Made by a program: the position numbers and the translations under genes. From assembly GCA_045597865.1 (NCBI GenBank), contig JAZLKX010000025.1, forward strand, positions 352,001-416,000: a DNA stretch of 64,000 nucleotides, written 5' to 3'. The notes below the pieces were generated by a model. That model saw only the letters and a list, made by a program, of their open reading frames with translations, was not told the origin of the DNA and searched no databases. Positions 1 through 9,969 of the stretch are shown here, one piece after another. The DNA comes from Bacilli bacterium (GTDB lineage: Bacteria > Bacillota_I > Bacilli_A > RFN20 > CAG-826). Within the stretch, counting starts at the first letter, position 1. Each line of letters begins with the position of its first letter.

Positions 1-562
1 TTTCAACGCCTTCTGCTAAACCTGAGTAAAGTGCTAAATCACCACATTTGTTACCCATGACTTCGATAAATGTACATCTTGCGTGTGATGCTGAAGTATC
101 TCTAATTTTATCAACACAATCACAGATTGTATTTTGACAAGTATCAAACCCGATACATTCTTGAGTTGAACAAACATCGTTATCAATTGATGCTGGAATA
201 CCAATTGTGTGAATTCCTTTAGCTGCTAAATCTTTAGCACCTCTATAAGTTCCATCACCACCAATGACAATCAAAGAATCAATTCCGTATGACTCAAGTT
301 GTTTGATAGCCATTTTTTGGATTGCTTCTTCCTTGAATTCTGGAAGTCTAGCAGATCTAAGAATTGTGCCACCTCTATTGATTGTGTCAGAAACAAAGTT
401 TCTGTCAACTGGTTCAATACGGCCTTCAACAAGTCCTTTGAAACCTTCATAGACAACGAACATTTCACAGCCTTGTTTAATTCCTGAACGAACAACAGCA
501 CGAACACAAGCGTTCATGCCTGGTGCGTCACCACCTGAAGTTAAAACTGCAATTTTTGGCAT
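1..562 (-). CDS. pfkA: 6-phosphofructokinase (5' part; runs off window edge)
   Basis: Not in the ORF track. Manual translation from ATG at 562 gives MPKIAVLTSGGDAPGMNACVRAVVR...GGTILRSAR...IGGDGTY...GIPASIDND, the canonical PfkA motifs. AGGAG RBS upstream. Confidence 0.95.
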   Translation of the reverse strand, partial: MPKIAVLTSGGDAPGMNACVRAVVRSGIKQGCEMFVVYEGFKGLVEGRIEPVDRNFVSDTINRGGTILRSARLPEFKEEAIQKMAIKQLESYGIDSLIVIGGDGTYRGAKDLAAKGIHTIGIPASIDNDVCSTQECIGFDTCQNTICDCVDKIRDTSASHARCTFIEVMGNKCGDLALYSGLAEGVE

Positions 563-626
563 AGTTTTATAGCTCCTTTTTCTGAAAGATTAGCAATATA
601 ATAACACAAACAATTTATAAAAAAAT

Positions 627-640
627 TGTAAGTGTTACCA
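627..640. promoter_or_regulatory. cre-like (CcpA/LacI-type) site upstream of pfkA
   Basis: TGTAAGTGTTACCA resembles the cre consensus TGWNANCGNTNWCA with a mismatch in the central CG. Confidence 0.3.
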
Positions 641-649
641 AGTAAAAGA

Positions 650-680
650 AAAATGAGGACATAGTCCTCATTTTATTTTT
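650..680 (-). terminator. Rho-independent terminator after adhE (possibly bidirectional)
   Basis: AAAATGAGGAC-ATA-GTCCTCATTTT perfect stem flanked by A/T runs, just past the adhE stop. Confidence 0.85.
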
Positions 681-692
681 TTCTTATAGGTT

Positions 693-3311
693 TTATAACT
701 TAAAACCTTTATAAGCTTGTTTCAAGATTGCCTTCATATCCTCAACCATTGGAACTCTTGGGTTTGCTGGTGAGCATTGATCTTCGTATGCAAGCATTGC
801 GATTCTGTCTAAGTGTTTATTCCACTCTTTTTCGTCAATGCCACATGCTTTGAAGTTCATATCTAAGCCAATCTCTTTTCCAAGGTCATCACATGCTTCA
901 GCAAGTGATCTAACACCTTCTTCAGGAGTTTTTGCTGGTAAACCAAGAAGTTTTGCGATTTCTTGGTATTTCTTATCTGCACAATAATGATTGTACTTTG
1001 GCCAGACAGCAAGTTTGGTTGGAACTTGACCGTTGTACATAATGACGTGTGGTAAGAGAATGCCACATGCTAAACCGTGTACAACATGGAATTCAGCGCC
1101 TACTTTATGAGCCATAGAGTGGGTCATTCCTAAGAAAGCGTTAGCAAATGCCATACCTGCAATTGTTGCAGCATTGTGCATTTTTTCACGTGCTTCTAAG
1201 TCATTTTTACCATCTTTAACAGCTCTTGGTAAGTACTCAAATACGAGTTGAATAGCCTTTAAGGCTAAACCATCAGTAAAGTCACTTGCCATAACTGAAG
1301 TATAAGCTTCAATAGCGTGAGTTAAGACGTCCATACCAGTCATAGCAGTTGGTCTTGCTGGAAGGTTTGTTGTAAATTCTGGATCAATAATTGCGACAGT
1401 TGGAGTTAAAGCATAGTCTGCAAGAGGATATTTCTTGTTATTTGCTTTATCTGAAATAACTGCGAATGGAGTAACTTCTGAACCTGTACCAGAGGTTGTT
1501 GGAATACAAATTAAACGTGATTTTGCACCAAGCTCTGGGTATTTAAAGGCTCTCTTACGAATGTCCATGAATTTTTGTTTGATATCGTCGAAGTTAACTT
1601 CTGGGTGTTCATAGAACAACCACATACCTTTAGCAGCATCCATGACTGAACCACCACCAAGTGCAATAATTGCATCTGGTTGGAAGATTTTCATCATTTC
1701 AGTACCTTTTCTGACTGTTGAAATATCTGGATCTGGTTCAACATCGCAGAATAACTGCATCGTAACTTTGTTACGTCTCATATTTAATTGGTCTGCGATT
1801 TTCTTAAAGAAACCGAATTGAACCATTGAAGTATCGGTAACAATAAAGACTTTATTTAAATCTTTACAGCTTTGTAAATATTGTATTGAATTGCGTTCGA
1901 AGTAAATCTTACGCGGAACTTTAAACCACTGCACTGTATTTCTCCTTTTGCCAACTTTCTTGACATTTAATAGGTTAACGGCACTTACGTTACCGCCAAT
2001 TGAGTTTTTACCATAACTACCACAACCAAGGGTTAAGCTTGGAAGGAATGAGTTATAAACATTACCAATACCACCAAAGGTGGATGGTGAATTCCAAATG
2101 ATTCTCATAGCTTTACAATTTTCGCCATAAGCATCAGCCATAGCTTGTTCTTTACAATGAATTGAAGCACTATGACCTAGACCATTAAATTCAACCATTT
2201 CAGCAGCGCGTTTAAAGCCTTCTTTATCATCTTTTACCTTGTAAACAGCAAGAACTGGTGAAAGTTTTTCTCTAGACATTGGTTCTTTTGGACCAACCTC
2301 TTTACACTCACAAGCAAGAACTGCTGTATCTTTTGGAACATCAAAACCAGCTTGTTTTGCAATCCAAACGGCAGATTGACCTGCAACAACTGAATTTAAA
2401 CGAGCTTGTTCGACGTCTTTATCTCCTTTTGCATAACCAAATAAGAAACGTGAAAGTTTTGCTTTTTCCTCAGCATTTACAAAGTAAACTTTGAATCTCT
2501 TGAACATTTCAACAGCTTCTTTATAAATTTCTTCATCAATAATTGCGGCTGATTCTGAAGCACAAATCATGCCGTTGTCAAATGCTTTGGAAAGTGTAAT
2601 GTCGTTTACTGCTTGTTCGACATCACAAGATTTATTCATGTATGCAGGAACATTACCTGCGCCAACACCCATTGCTGGTTTACCGCAGCTATAAGCTGCA
2701 TTAACCATTGCGTTACCACCAGTTGCAAGAATTGTTGCAACACCTGGGTGATGCATTAATGCGGTTGTAGCATCCATGCTTGGGTGCTCAATCCATTGAA
2801 TACAATTCTTTGGTGCACCAGCTGCTTCAGCAGCTTCTTTCATAACAATAGCAGCTGCTTTTGAAGATTCTTGTGCACTTGGGTGGAAACCAAAGATAAT
2901 TGGGTTTCTAGTTTTCAAACAAATCAAAGATTTGAAAATAACTGTCGAGGTTGGATTTGTAACAGGAGTAACACCTGCAACAACGCCAATTGGATCTGCT
3001 ATTTCAGTAATACCAGTAACTGGGTCTTCTGAAATAACACCAACAGTCTTAAGGTGTCTCATATTATTTTGAACGTATTCGCAAGCGAATAAATTCTTGG
3101 TGGCTTTGTCTTCAAAGACACCGCGTTTTGTTTCTTCAACTGCTAATTGAGCTAAAGAACCATGATGATCAAGACCTGCGACACAGCATTTTGCAACAAT
3201 GTGGTCTATTTGTTCTTGATCAAGAAGCAAAAACTCATCAAGTGCTTTTTGAGCATTCTTGACAAGAGCATCTACTTCTTCTTGAGGACTTAAAATAGTT
3301 TCTTTTGCCAT
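693..3311 (-). CDS. adhE: bifunctional acetaldehyde-CoA/alcohol dehydrogenase
   Basis: 872 aa. ALDH half (PVTNPTST, GVGAGN, DNGMICASE), linker (TLGCGSYGKNS), Fe-ADH half (GGGSVMD, PTTSGTGSE, HSMAH). Confidence 0.97.
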   Translation of the reverse strand: MAKETILSPQEEVDALVKNAQKALDEFLLLDQEQIDHIVAKCCVAGLDHHGSLAQLAVEETKRGVFEDKATKNLFACEYVQNNMRHLKTVGVISEDPVTGITEIADPIGVVAGVTPVTNPTSTVIFKSLICLKTRNPIIFGFHPSAQESSKAAAIVMKEAAEAAGAPKNCIQWIEHPSMDATTALMHHPGVATILATGGNAMVNAAYSCGKPAMGVGAGNVPAYMNKSCDVEQAVNDITLSKAFDNGMICASESAAIIDEEIYKEAVEMFKRFKVYFVNAEEKAKLSRFLFGYAKGDKDVEQARLNSVVAGQSAVWIAKQAGFDVPKDTAVLACECKEVGPKEPMSREKLSPVLAVYKVKDDKEGFKRAAEMVEFNGLGHSASIHCKEQAMADAYGENCKAMRIIWNSPSTFGGIGNVYNSFLPSLTLGCGSYGKNSIGGNVSAVNLLNVKKVGKRRNTVQWFKVPRKIYFERNSIQYLQSCKDLNKVFIVTDTSMVQFGFFKKIADQLNMRRNKVTMQLFCDVEPDPDISTVRKGTEMMKIFQPDAIIALGGGSVMDAAKGMWLFYEHPEVNFDDIKQKFMDIRKRAFKYPELGAKSRLICIPTTSGTGSEVTPFAVISDKANNKKYPLADYALTPTVAIIDPEFTTNLPARPTAMTGMDVLTHAIEAYTSVMASDFTDGLALKAIQLVFEYLPRAVKDGKNDLEAREKMHNAATIAGMAFANAFLGMTHSMAHKVGAEFHVVHGLACGILLPHVIMYNGQVPTKLAVWPKYNHYCADKKYQEIAKLLGLPAKTPEEGVRSLAEACDDLGKEIGLDMNFKACGIDEKEWNKHLDRIAMLAYEDQCSPANPRVPMVEDMKAILKQAYKGFKL

Positions 3312-3314
3312 ACA

Positions 3315-3941
3315 CTATTCTCCTTTATTTAATTTATGTGAAAGTATTGCAAGAGAAGATGCTAAGTTAACATTTTCTACTACAACACTATCAGGAACAT
3401 CTAAACGTACTGGAACATAGTTCCAAATTCCTTTAATTCCACCTTTAACAAGCTTCTTTGCAACTTGATTTACAACACTTGCAGGAACTGTAAGAATTGC
3501 AATCTTTGCACTTAAAAGTGGTAAGACAGATTCAATTTCTTTCATATCGTAAATGTGCTTATGATTTACTTGTGTGCCAATTAAAGATTTATCGACATCA
3601 AAACCAGCAATGATATCTAAACCATATTTTTCAAAACCTTTATAGTTTAAAAATGCTTGCCCTAAATGACCACAGCCAATAACTACTGCTTTTGTGGAAT
3701 CTTTGTAACCTAAGAAATTTCCAATGTCTTGAATTAATTCAAGAACATCACGTCCTGATTTAGGTTTTCCTTCTTTTGAAGTAACAACTTGGAGATCTTT
3801 TCTAACTTGCTCTTCTGAAAGTTGTAAAGCTCTAGCAATAGCTGGAGCTGAAATATTTTTGACGCCTGAATCTCTTAAAATGAACAAATATCTTAAGTAA
3901 ATTGGGAATCTCTCTAATTGTCTTTTTGAAATCTTTGTCAT
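3315..3941 (-). CDS. rex: redox-sensing transcriptional repressor Rex
   Basis: RFPIYLR, QVRKDL wHTH; Rossmann GCGHLG; GIWNYVP...VENVNL. Directly upstream of adhE. Confidence 0.93.
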   Translation of the reverse strand: MTKISKRQLERFPIYLRYLFILRDSGVKNISAPAIARALQLSEEQVRKDLQVVTSKEGKPKSGRDVLELIQDIGNFLGYKDSTKAVVIGCGHLGQAFLNYKGFEKYGLDIIAGFDVDKSLIGTQVNHKHIYDMKEIESVLPLLSAKIAILTVPASVVNQVAKKLVKGGIKGIWNYVPVRLDVPDSVVVENVNLASSLAILSHKLNKGE

Positions 3942-3979
3942 ATTTATCGGTAATTTTATACTGATTTAACAGCACTAAT

Positions 3980-4009
3980 ATTATACACACGCTATAATAA
4001 ATAAATCAA
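3980..4009 (-). promoter_or_regulatory. sigma-A-type promoter of rex-adhE
   Basis: TTGATT-18 nt-TATAAT on the minus strand. Confidence 0.5.
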
Positions 4010-4034
4010 TATTTTTTTACTGATATATTTTGCT

Positions 4035-4060
4035 AAGAAAAAATCCCAATTAAGGGATTC
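4035..4060 (-). terminator. terminator after ROK gene
   Basis: Minus strand AATCCC-TTAATT-GGGATT followed by a T run, next to the stop at 4063. Confidence 0.7.
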
Positions 4061-4062
4061 TT

Positions 4063-5436
4063 CTATTTTGCTAATGAGGCCGCTGCTATCGATTGCCCTA
4101 CTCTTCGCATGTATTCACTTGGAGTACAAAGATTAATATTTTTATATTCAGGGAACTCAACTTTGAGTGTTTCTTTTGCAGTTTCAAGAATGATGTCTCC
4201 CCCTACATCAGACATAACTCTTCCAAGCAACATCAAGTGTTTAATTTCATAGAATTCAGCGTAGTAAGCAATCGTATATGCAAGATAAACACCAATTGTT
4301 CTAAAGATGTTAAAAACATCTTCATCTCTTTCTTTTGCAAGCTTTTGAACGGCTTTAAGTTTCTCACCAAGACTAATTCCTTCACTAAATTTAACGCCAA
4401 TTTGTTCAGCAAGTCTAATAACTGCATCTTGAGAAAAATATTTACAACCTACACCTACATCATGTGACCACTCATCAAGTGGTGCATTTTCTTGAAAATC
4501 AACTGGGACAAATGCAAGTTCAGATAACCAGCCATTTAAATTGCCATCTTTATTAACGTATCCAACAGCTTCACTTGTACCCATTGCAATGCCTAAAACA
4601 CAATTATCTTTTAGATCTAATGCTCCTGCTAATGCAGTAACATCACCATCATTTGCAATTACATATGGAATCTTATGACCAAGTTCTTTTTCAAGTCTTT
4701 CAATGGTGTTAATATAAACACCTTTTACTCTTTCAAAGTCAGACTTCTTTGTTTTTATAAACAAAGACGAAACCATTGGTCTATTATTAATAATAACTCC
4801 TGCAGTTGAAACTCCGATGTAATCTACATCACCACCAAGTTTATCAATTGAAGTTTTAAACGCCTTGTAAATCTCATCGTAATGGTATTGAACATCTTCT
4901 TGAAGTTTTGGTTGCCATACTACTTCTTCAGAATATATTGTTTTACCATTTAAAACTGCAGATGTTTTTCTATCGCTACCACCAGCATCAAATCCAATAC
5001 GTTTTCCGTTTAAATTACCGCCTAAAGGTACTGAACAAGATTTTTCAGCTGGAATTGTCTCATAAGTGCATTCAACAACTTCTACAGGTCTTTCATAGCA
5101 GGTAGACATGAAATCATAATCAAAAGCTCTTGATCCGATCGGAGAATAGGATGATTTAATTGCTTCAAATACTTCATGAGAACCCGCTATGAAAATTTTA
5201 AATCCTCCTACCAACCAAAGGAGGGATTTAATAAATCTTTCAACAATAAAATTGTTGAGTTTGTCGTTGATACCTAAAGGTAAGATATCAAATTCACGTC
5301 TATAAATATAACCTTGATCTCTTTCAACAGCGATAATAATATGCTGTTTATTTTCAAAAGAAGAAACAAGTTTGTTAAATTCTCTAATTGCAATGATTGC
5401 AGGCTTAAATGTTGGATCTAAAATAGGCTTAATCAT
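4063..5436 (-). CDS. ROK-family sugar kinase-like protein with N-terminal extension
   Basis: IGFDAGGSDRK, ANDGDVTALAG, GIAMGTSEAVG, ELAF motifs; actin-like ATPase fold. Confidence 0.75.
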   Translation of the reverse strand: MIKPILDPTFKPAIIAIREFNKLVSSFENKQHIIIAVERDQGYIYRREFDILPLGINDKLNNFIVERFIKSLLWLVGGFKIFIAGSHEVFEAIKSSYSPIGSRAFDYDFMSTCYERPVEVVECTYETIPAEKSCSVPLGGNLNGKRIGFDAGGSDRKTSAVLNGKTIYSEEVVWQPKLQEDVQYHYDEIYKAFKTSIDKLGGDVDYIGVSTAGVIINNRPMVSSLFIKTKKSDFERVKGVYINTIERLEKELGHKIPYVIANDGDVTALAGALDLKDNCVLGIAMGTSEAVGYVNKDGNLNGWLSELAFVPVDFQENAPLDEWSHDVGVGCKYFSQDAVIRLAEQIGVKFSEGISLGEKLKAVQKLAKERDEDVFNIFRTIGVYLAYTIAYYAEFYEIKHLMLLGRVMSDVGGDIILETAKETLKVEFPEYKNINLCTPSEYMRRVGQSIAAASLAK

Positions 5437-6563
5437 TATCTAACTCTTTCTCCAAGTTTATAAACTTCAGAGACATTAAGGTTCTCATCCAAAATAACTA
5501 AATCAGCAAGCTTGCCAACGGCAATCTCGCCTCTATCAGTTAAATGCAAAGATTTTGCAGCATTATATGAAGAAATTTTAGCAAGTTCACAAAGTGAAAG
5601 ACCGCAAACTTCTTTCATATTTCTAACACCTTTATCCATAGTTAAAAGTGAACCAGCTAATGGACCAGTCTTCAAATATGCTGCACCATTTTTAGCTTCA
5701 CAATCTAATCCGAAAAGCTGGAATTCTTTTATATTTGAATTCTTAATTTTTAAAGCATCGGTAATCATAATAATTCTATCTAATCCCACTACTTTAACAA
5801 ATGTTTTTAAAGTATCATCACAAACATGGATTCTATCGCAAATAAGCTCACAATTTAATTCATCAAAATAGAAAGCTGCATTCATAACACCAGGATTTCT
5901 ATGATGATATGGACTCATAGCGTTATGTGTATGTGTTAAATTGGTTAAACCAGCTTTCATAGCTTCTTCAACATTTTCAAATGTTGCATCGGCATGTCCG
6001 CAGGAACAAACAACGCCAAGCTTCACTGCTTCTTTAATGAATTTACAAGCATTTTTGTACTCAGGTGCTAAAGAAATATAACGAACAAGTCCGTTTGAAC
6101 TTTTACTAAGTTGTTTTAATTCTTTAACATCTGGTTTTCTAATGTATTTTTCGTTTTGAGCACCTTTATACTTAACTGAAATATAAGGTCCTTCTAAATG
6201 AATTCCATAAAGTGATGGATTTTCTTGACTTGCTTTAGCAACATTTTCACAAACCTTAGTTAATGATGCGTTATCACTTGTTAATGTAGTTGCTAAATAG
6301 GTTGTAACGCCTTCATTGTATAGAGATTCTGAAATTTTCTTGTAATCTTCAATGTTTGCATCCATAAAATCAATGCCTGCACTACCATGGACATGAACAT
6401 CAATAAAACCAGGCATAACAATTTTGCCTTTTGCATCTATAGCATTATCTTTTTTAAAGTATCTGCCTTTACAAACTTGGACAATTTTTCCTTTAGAAAA
6501 TTCGATAAAGCCATTTTCAATAACTTCATCTTTTAATACAATTTTTGCATTCTTAATAATCAT
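5436..6563 (-). CDS. nagA: N-acetylglucosamine-6-phosphate deacetylase
   Basis: PGFIDVHVHG, HLEGPY, GHADA, HTHNAM, ITDA, LAGS motifs. Confidence 0.93.
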   Translation of the reverse strand: MIIKNAKIVLKDEVIENGFIEFSKGKIVQVCKGRYFKKDNAIDAKGKIVMPGFIDVHVHGSAGIDFMDANIEDYKKISESLYNEGVTTYLATTLTSDNASLTKVCENVAKASQENPSLYGIHLEGPYISVKYKGAQNEKYIRKPDVKELKQLSKSSNGLVRYISLAPEYKNACKFIKEAVKLGVVCSCGHADATFENVEEAMKAGLTNLTHTHNAMSPYHHRNPGVMNAAFYFDELNCELICDRIHVCDDTLKTFVKVVGLDRIIMITDALKIKNSNIKEFQLFGLDCEAKNGAAYLKTGPLAGSLLTMDKGVRNMKEVCGLSLCELAKISSYNAAKSLHLTDRGEIAVGKLADLVILDENLNVSEVYKLGERVR

Positions 6564-6566
6564 AGA

Positions 6567-7631
6567 TTATTGTCCTCCAATTATTTCGCTGGTGATTTTT
6601 ATATATTTATCAATATTTTCAATAATAGAAGTTGCTAAATTTAATTGGGTTCTAGCTCTATCTAGATTGTGCTCTGGATATTTTGTATGGAAATAAACAT
6701 CACCTTTAAGATAATCTTCAAGAAATCTCATTCCTAGTTCTGTTGAAATAATAAATGGCGCATATGGAAATAATTCTTTTTCCCGTTTAGTTAAAACTGA
6801 TTTTGTCTCGTTAAAATACGATTCTAAATAAGCTTTATAAATATCATAATTGCCAACTACAGTTTCGTAATTTAAAGTATCCTCTTTGTCTCCTGTAAAT
6901 AAGGAACGAAGAGCATCACCAAAATCATAAAGAATTGAACCAGGCATTACTGTGTCTAAATCAATAATGGATCTAAACTTATGAGTTTCTTCATCAAATA
7001 AAGCATTATTGATTTTAGGGTCATTGTGAGTAATGTGAAGTTTTACTTCACCGTTTTCTATTCCATCAGTTATTAATGACAATTTTTCTTTATATTTTTC
7101 AATAATTGCAATTTCTCTTTGAACTTTATTTAACCTGACAATTTTATCTTCTTTGATAGCTACTAGTAAATCATTATAGCGTTTAGGAGTATCGTGGAAA
7201 TGGGGAATAACTTCTCCTAGTTTATTAGCATCTAAATCAGCAAGATTTTTATGGAACTTACCAAAAGCTTCTGCTGCAATTTTTACCATTTCAATACCAT
7301 CTTGTTTTTCGTAGGTTATTGTATAGTCCATAAAACGGTACATTCTAAAGAATTCGCCTTCTTCTTCAACATAGTATTTTCCATTGCAAGCTTTTATCAT
7401 CTGAAGTGTTTCAATGTTTTTATTTTTAAGATGGCTAGTAACTTGGTAAATGTTGTTCATCAAAAGATCAATGTCTTTAAATGCATAGTGATTAATTTTC
7501 TGGATTATAAAATATTCAAACTTTTTTGTTAAGACTAAAAAAGTAGAATTAATATGGCCGTTTCCATATCTTCTATAAGCAACGAAATCTTCGTTTGGTA
7601 GAAATTTATAAAATATTTTAACTAAATCCAT
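6567..7631 (-). CDS. APH/choline-kinase-fold sugar kinase, N-acetylhexosamine 1-kinase-like
   Basis: GNGHINSTF, FHDTPKR, THNDPKINN, IDLDTVMPG, YDFGD. Start moved to MDLVK (7631) to remove the overlap with the upstream gene. Confidence 0.8.
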   Translation of the reverse strand: MDLVKIFYKFLPNEDFVAYRRYGNGHINSTFLVLTKKFEYFIIQKINHYAFKDIDLLMNNIYQVTSHLKNKNIETLQMIKACNGKYYVEEEGEFFRMYRFMDYTITYEKQDGIEMVKIAAEAFGKFHKNLADLDANKLGEVIPHFHDTPKRYNDLLVAIKEDKIVRLNKVQREIAIIEKYKEKLSLITDGIENGEVKLHITHNDPKINNALFDEETHKFRSIIDLDTVMPGSILYDFGDALRSLFTGDKEDTLNYETVVGNYDIYKAYLESYFNETKSVLTKREKELFPYAPFIISTELGMRFLEDYLKGDVYFHTKYPEHNLDRARTQLNLATSIIENIDKYIKITSEIIGGQ

Positions 7632-7638
7632 AAAATAA

Positions 7639-8451
7639 TTATCTAATTTTATAAATAAAATTAATACTTTCTTCAATCCAAGTTCTATTTTGCTTAATTG
7701 AATCAAAATCTGCATCTGCGTTATAAACGTTTCTATTAAAAAGAGATCCACCATGTGGTCCATTTTCAAAAACTAATAATTTGTTATAAACACCATTTTT
7801 TTCAAGTGCTTCAGCAAGCAAATAAGAATGGCTTGTCGGAACGCAAGCATCATTTTTAGTTGTAAAAATAAATGTTGGAGGATAATTTGAATCAACATTT
7901 TCTATAACACTTAATTTTTTAACAAGTTCTTCTTCATTACCAGAAATAATTTCTTTTGTGTGACTATTTGTACTTATGTACATACTAGTAACTGGATAAC
8001 CAAGTATTATTGAATAAGGTTTTAAATAATCTTTTTGAAGATTATAAAATTCTTCAAATTCTTTATATAAGTAAGCATATGAAGCAATTAAATGCCCTCC
8101 AGCAGAAAAACCTGCCATTGAGACTCTTTCTTGATCAATGTTTAAATCAGTACCATTCTTTTTAATGTAATCAAAAAGCACCGCTAATTCTAAATGTGGA
8201 AGATTATACTTTGTAAAGCAAGAATAATGTAGTACAAAACAATTAAAACCTTCAGACGCAAATCTTAAAGCAATTGGTTCGCCTTCACGTTGAGAGCAAA
8301 ACTCATAACCGCCACCGGGAACAATAATCATTGCTGGTCTAGGATCGATGTTAACCTCATAATCCTTATCATTAAGATAAATTTCGACAAATGATTCGCT
8401 TCCAACGTTAAGATTAGTAATTTCTTTGAGCATTAATTTTCTATAATCCAT
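7639..8451 (-). CDS. alpha/beta-hydrolase esterase (BD-FAE/acetylxylan esterase-like)
   Basis: PGGGY oxyanion motif, GFSAGG nucleophile, D..VP, GPHG. Likely start MDYRK. Confidence 0.85.
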   Translation of the reverse strand: MDYRKLMLKEITNLNVGSESFVEIYLNDKDYEVNIDPRPAMIIVPGGGYEFCSQREGEPIALRFASEGFNCFVLHYSCFTKYNLPHLELAVLFDYIKKNGTDLNIDQERVSMAGFSAGGHLIASYAYLYKEFEEFYNLQKDYLKPYSIILGYPVTSMYISTNSHTKEIISGNEEELVKKLSVIENVDSNYPPTFIFTTKNDACVPTSHSYLLAEALEKNGVYNKLLVFENGPHGGSLFNRNVYNADADFDSIKQNRTWIEESINFIYKIR

Positions 8452-8464
8452 ATTTAATCTCTTT

Positions 8465-9214
8465 CTAAAATAATTTTTCTTCATTAATTATCATTTTTTT
8501 ACTTAAAAGTAAAACGCCTAGATACATAACAACAAGTATCACTGGAATTATATTTCCAAGAAAATAAAAACCAATATTTGAAACGCTAGGTACAATCATT
8601 TCAAACAAAATAGAATTAATCACATTAAACAATAAGTGAAATACAGCACACATTTCTATTGAATTTGTTTTGATAAAAATAATTGCAAGCAAAACACCCA
8701 AAGCAAATGTGTAAACAGGAACAATCAAATCATATGGATTGAGTGTTGAAATAAATGTTGTTAGATGGCAAACTGCAAATAATCCTGCAGAAATTAATAT
8801 TTTCTTCCAATTTGAGCCTTCTTCAATATTGTTAATCAATAACAATCTAAAGATAAATTCTTCATTTAAAACAACAAATACTGTTAATAAGATTTTAAGT
8901 AACACTTCTGTAGTATAACTGATATTAATATCAGTTGGAACGAAAGCTAAATACATAAAATTAGATGCTACCACAATGATTGTTGGTGCTAAAATAAACA
9001 TCATTTTTAGATTTCTAGCCTTTAATTTAATGTCAAAATCTGTTTTAAATTTAACAACTAAAAACGAGCAAATCGAAAATAGAATTTGAACTCCAATTCT
9101 ACACCACAAACAAATAACGCTGGAATTACGAATAATGAGTTCAAAAGGAAAACATGCAAACGCTATGTAAAGCAGCATTAAGATTAAAAAATTGTAAATT
9201 CTATTTTTCTTCAT
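8465..9214 (-). CDS. CPBP-family (Rce1/Abi, CAAX-protease-like) intramembrane glutamic endopeptidase
   Basis: Multi-TM protein with EEFIFR, FAVCH and HLLFN, matching the EExxxR / FxxxH / HxxxN motifs. Overlaps the lgt stop. Confidence 0.88.
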   Translation of the reverse strand: MKKNRIYNFLILMLLYIAFACFPFELIIRNSSVICLWCRIGVQILFSICSFLVVKFKTDFDIKLKARNLKMMFILAPTIIVVASNFMYLAFVPTDINISYTTEVLLKILLTVFVVLNEEFIFRLLLINNIEEGSNWKKILISAGLFAVCHLTTFISTLNPYDLIVPVYTFALGVLLAIIFIKTNSIEMCAVFHLLFNVINSILFEMIVPSVSNIGFYFLGNIIPVILVVMYLGVLLLSKKMIINEEKLF

Positions 9215-9947
9215 TTGCTTTCTCGAAATATTTTTTTAATAAAAAATAAAGAGGAATACTAGCTACAAATAAAACAATACACCAAACTTGGCTTGGTGAT
9301 AAAGCAAAAGCAACTCCTCTTTCGTCTCCTCTAAAAAATTCAATTACAAATCTAAAAACTGCATAAGCTGGAATATAAATTAAGAATCCGTATTTGAATT
9401 TGTATTTCAATATTAGGAAAAGTAAAATTCCAAAAAGTACAAATAAAAATATGGACTCAATTAATTGAGTCGGTATTACTTTTCCAACTCCAGGAAATTC
9501 AATTCCGATCCAGCTATCTGTTGGTTTTCCATAGCAACATCCCGCTAAAAAACATCCAATTCTTCCAATGGCGTGCGCAAGCACGATTGAAGCAGGAGCA
9601 ATAATTAAAATATTGCCGAGGCGTAAAGTAGACTTTTTTCTTAAAATAAAGTACGTTCCTAAAAAACCACCTACACCACCAAACAAACCGCCATAGAAAG
9701 TCATTTTCCAAACCCATTTATATTGTTCTTTAAGTGAGATTGCTTCGTAAATGTTTTCAAATATAATTGAAAAAATAATGCCAAAAATTATTGCAAAACA
9801 TGCACAAATCCCTAAATCAATTAATGCAGATTTTTTCTCACCATTTTTCTTTAGAAAAATAACTGCAAGAAATACTGCAGCCAAAATTCCTATGCACATG
9901 CATACTATGTATGATCCATCGTTAATACCAAATAAGTTTGGATACAT
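9201..9947 (-). CDS. lgt: prolipoprotein diacylglyceryl transferase (Cys-rich GRIGCFLAGCCYG variant)
   Basis: FYGG, GRIGCFLAGCCYG, PTQLIES, YAVFRFVIEFFRGD, SQ motifs; about 7 TM. Confidence 0.88.
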   Translation of the reverse strand: MYPNLFGINDGSYIVCMCIGILAAVFLAVIFLKKNGEKKSALIDLGICACFAIIFGIIFSIIFENIYEAISLKEQYKWVWKMTFYGGLFGGVGGFLGTYFILRKKSTLRLGNILIIAPASIVLAHAIGRIGCFLAGCCYGKPTDSWIGIEFPGVGKVIPTQLIESIFLFVLFGILLFLILKYKFKYGFLIYIPAYAVFRFVIEFFRGDERGVAFALSPSQVWCIVLFVASIPLYFLLKKYFEKANEEK

Positions 9948-9969
9948 AATTAGGTCTCCGCTTTAATTC

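Noticed and set aside
264-507. Short ORFs 264..452, 271..507 and 299..487
   Set aside because: They are shadow frames of pfkA, which the track missed because it runs off the window edge.
3942-4035. Rex operator upstream of rex-adhE
   Set aside because: Expected biologically, but I found no convincing TTGTGAA-N4-TTCACAA-like palindrome.
6567-7631. Aminoglycoside resistance phosphotransferase
   Set aside because: The motifs and nagA/ROK context fit the NahK-like sugar kinase branch of the fold.
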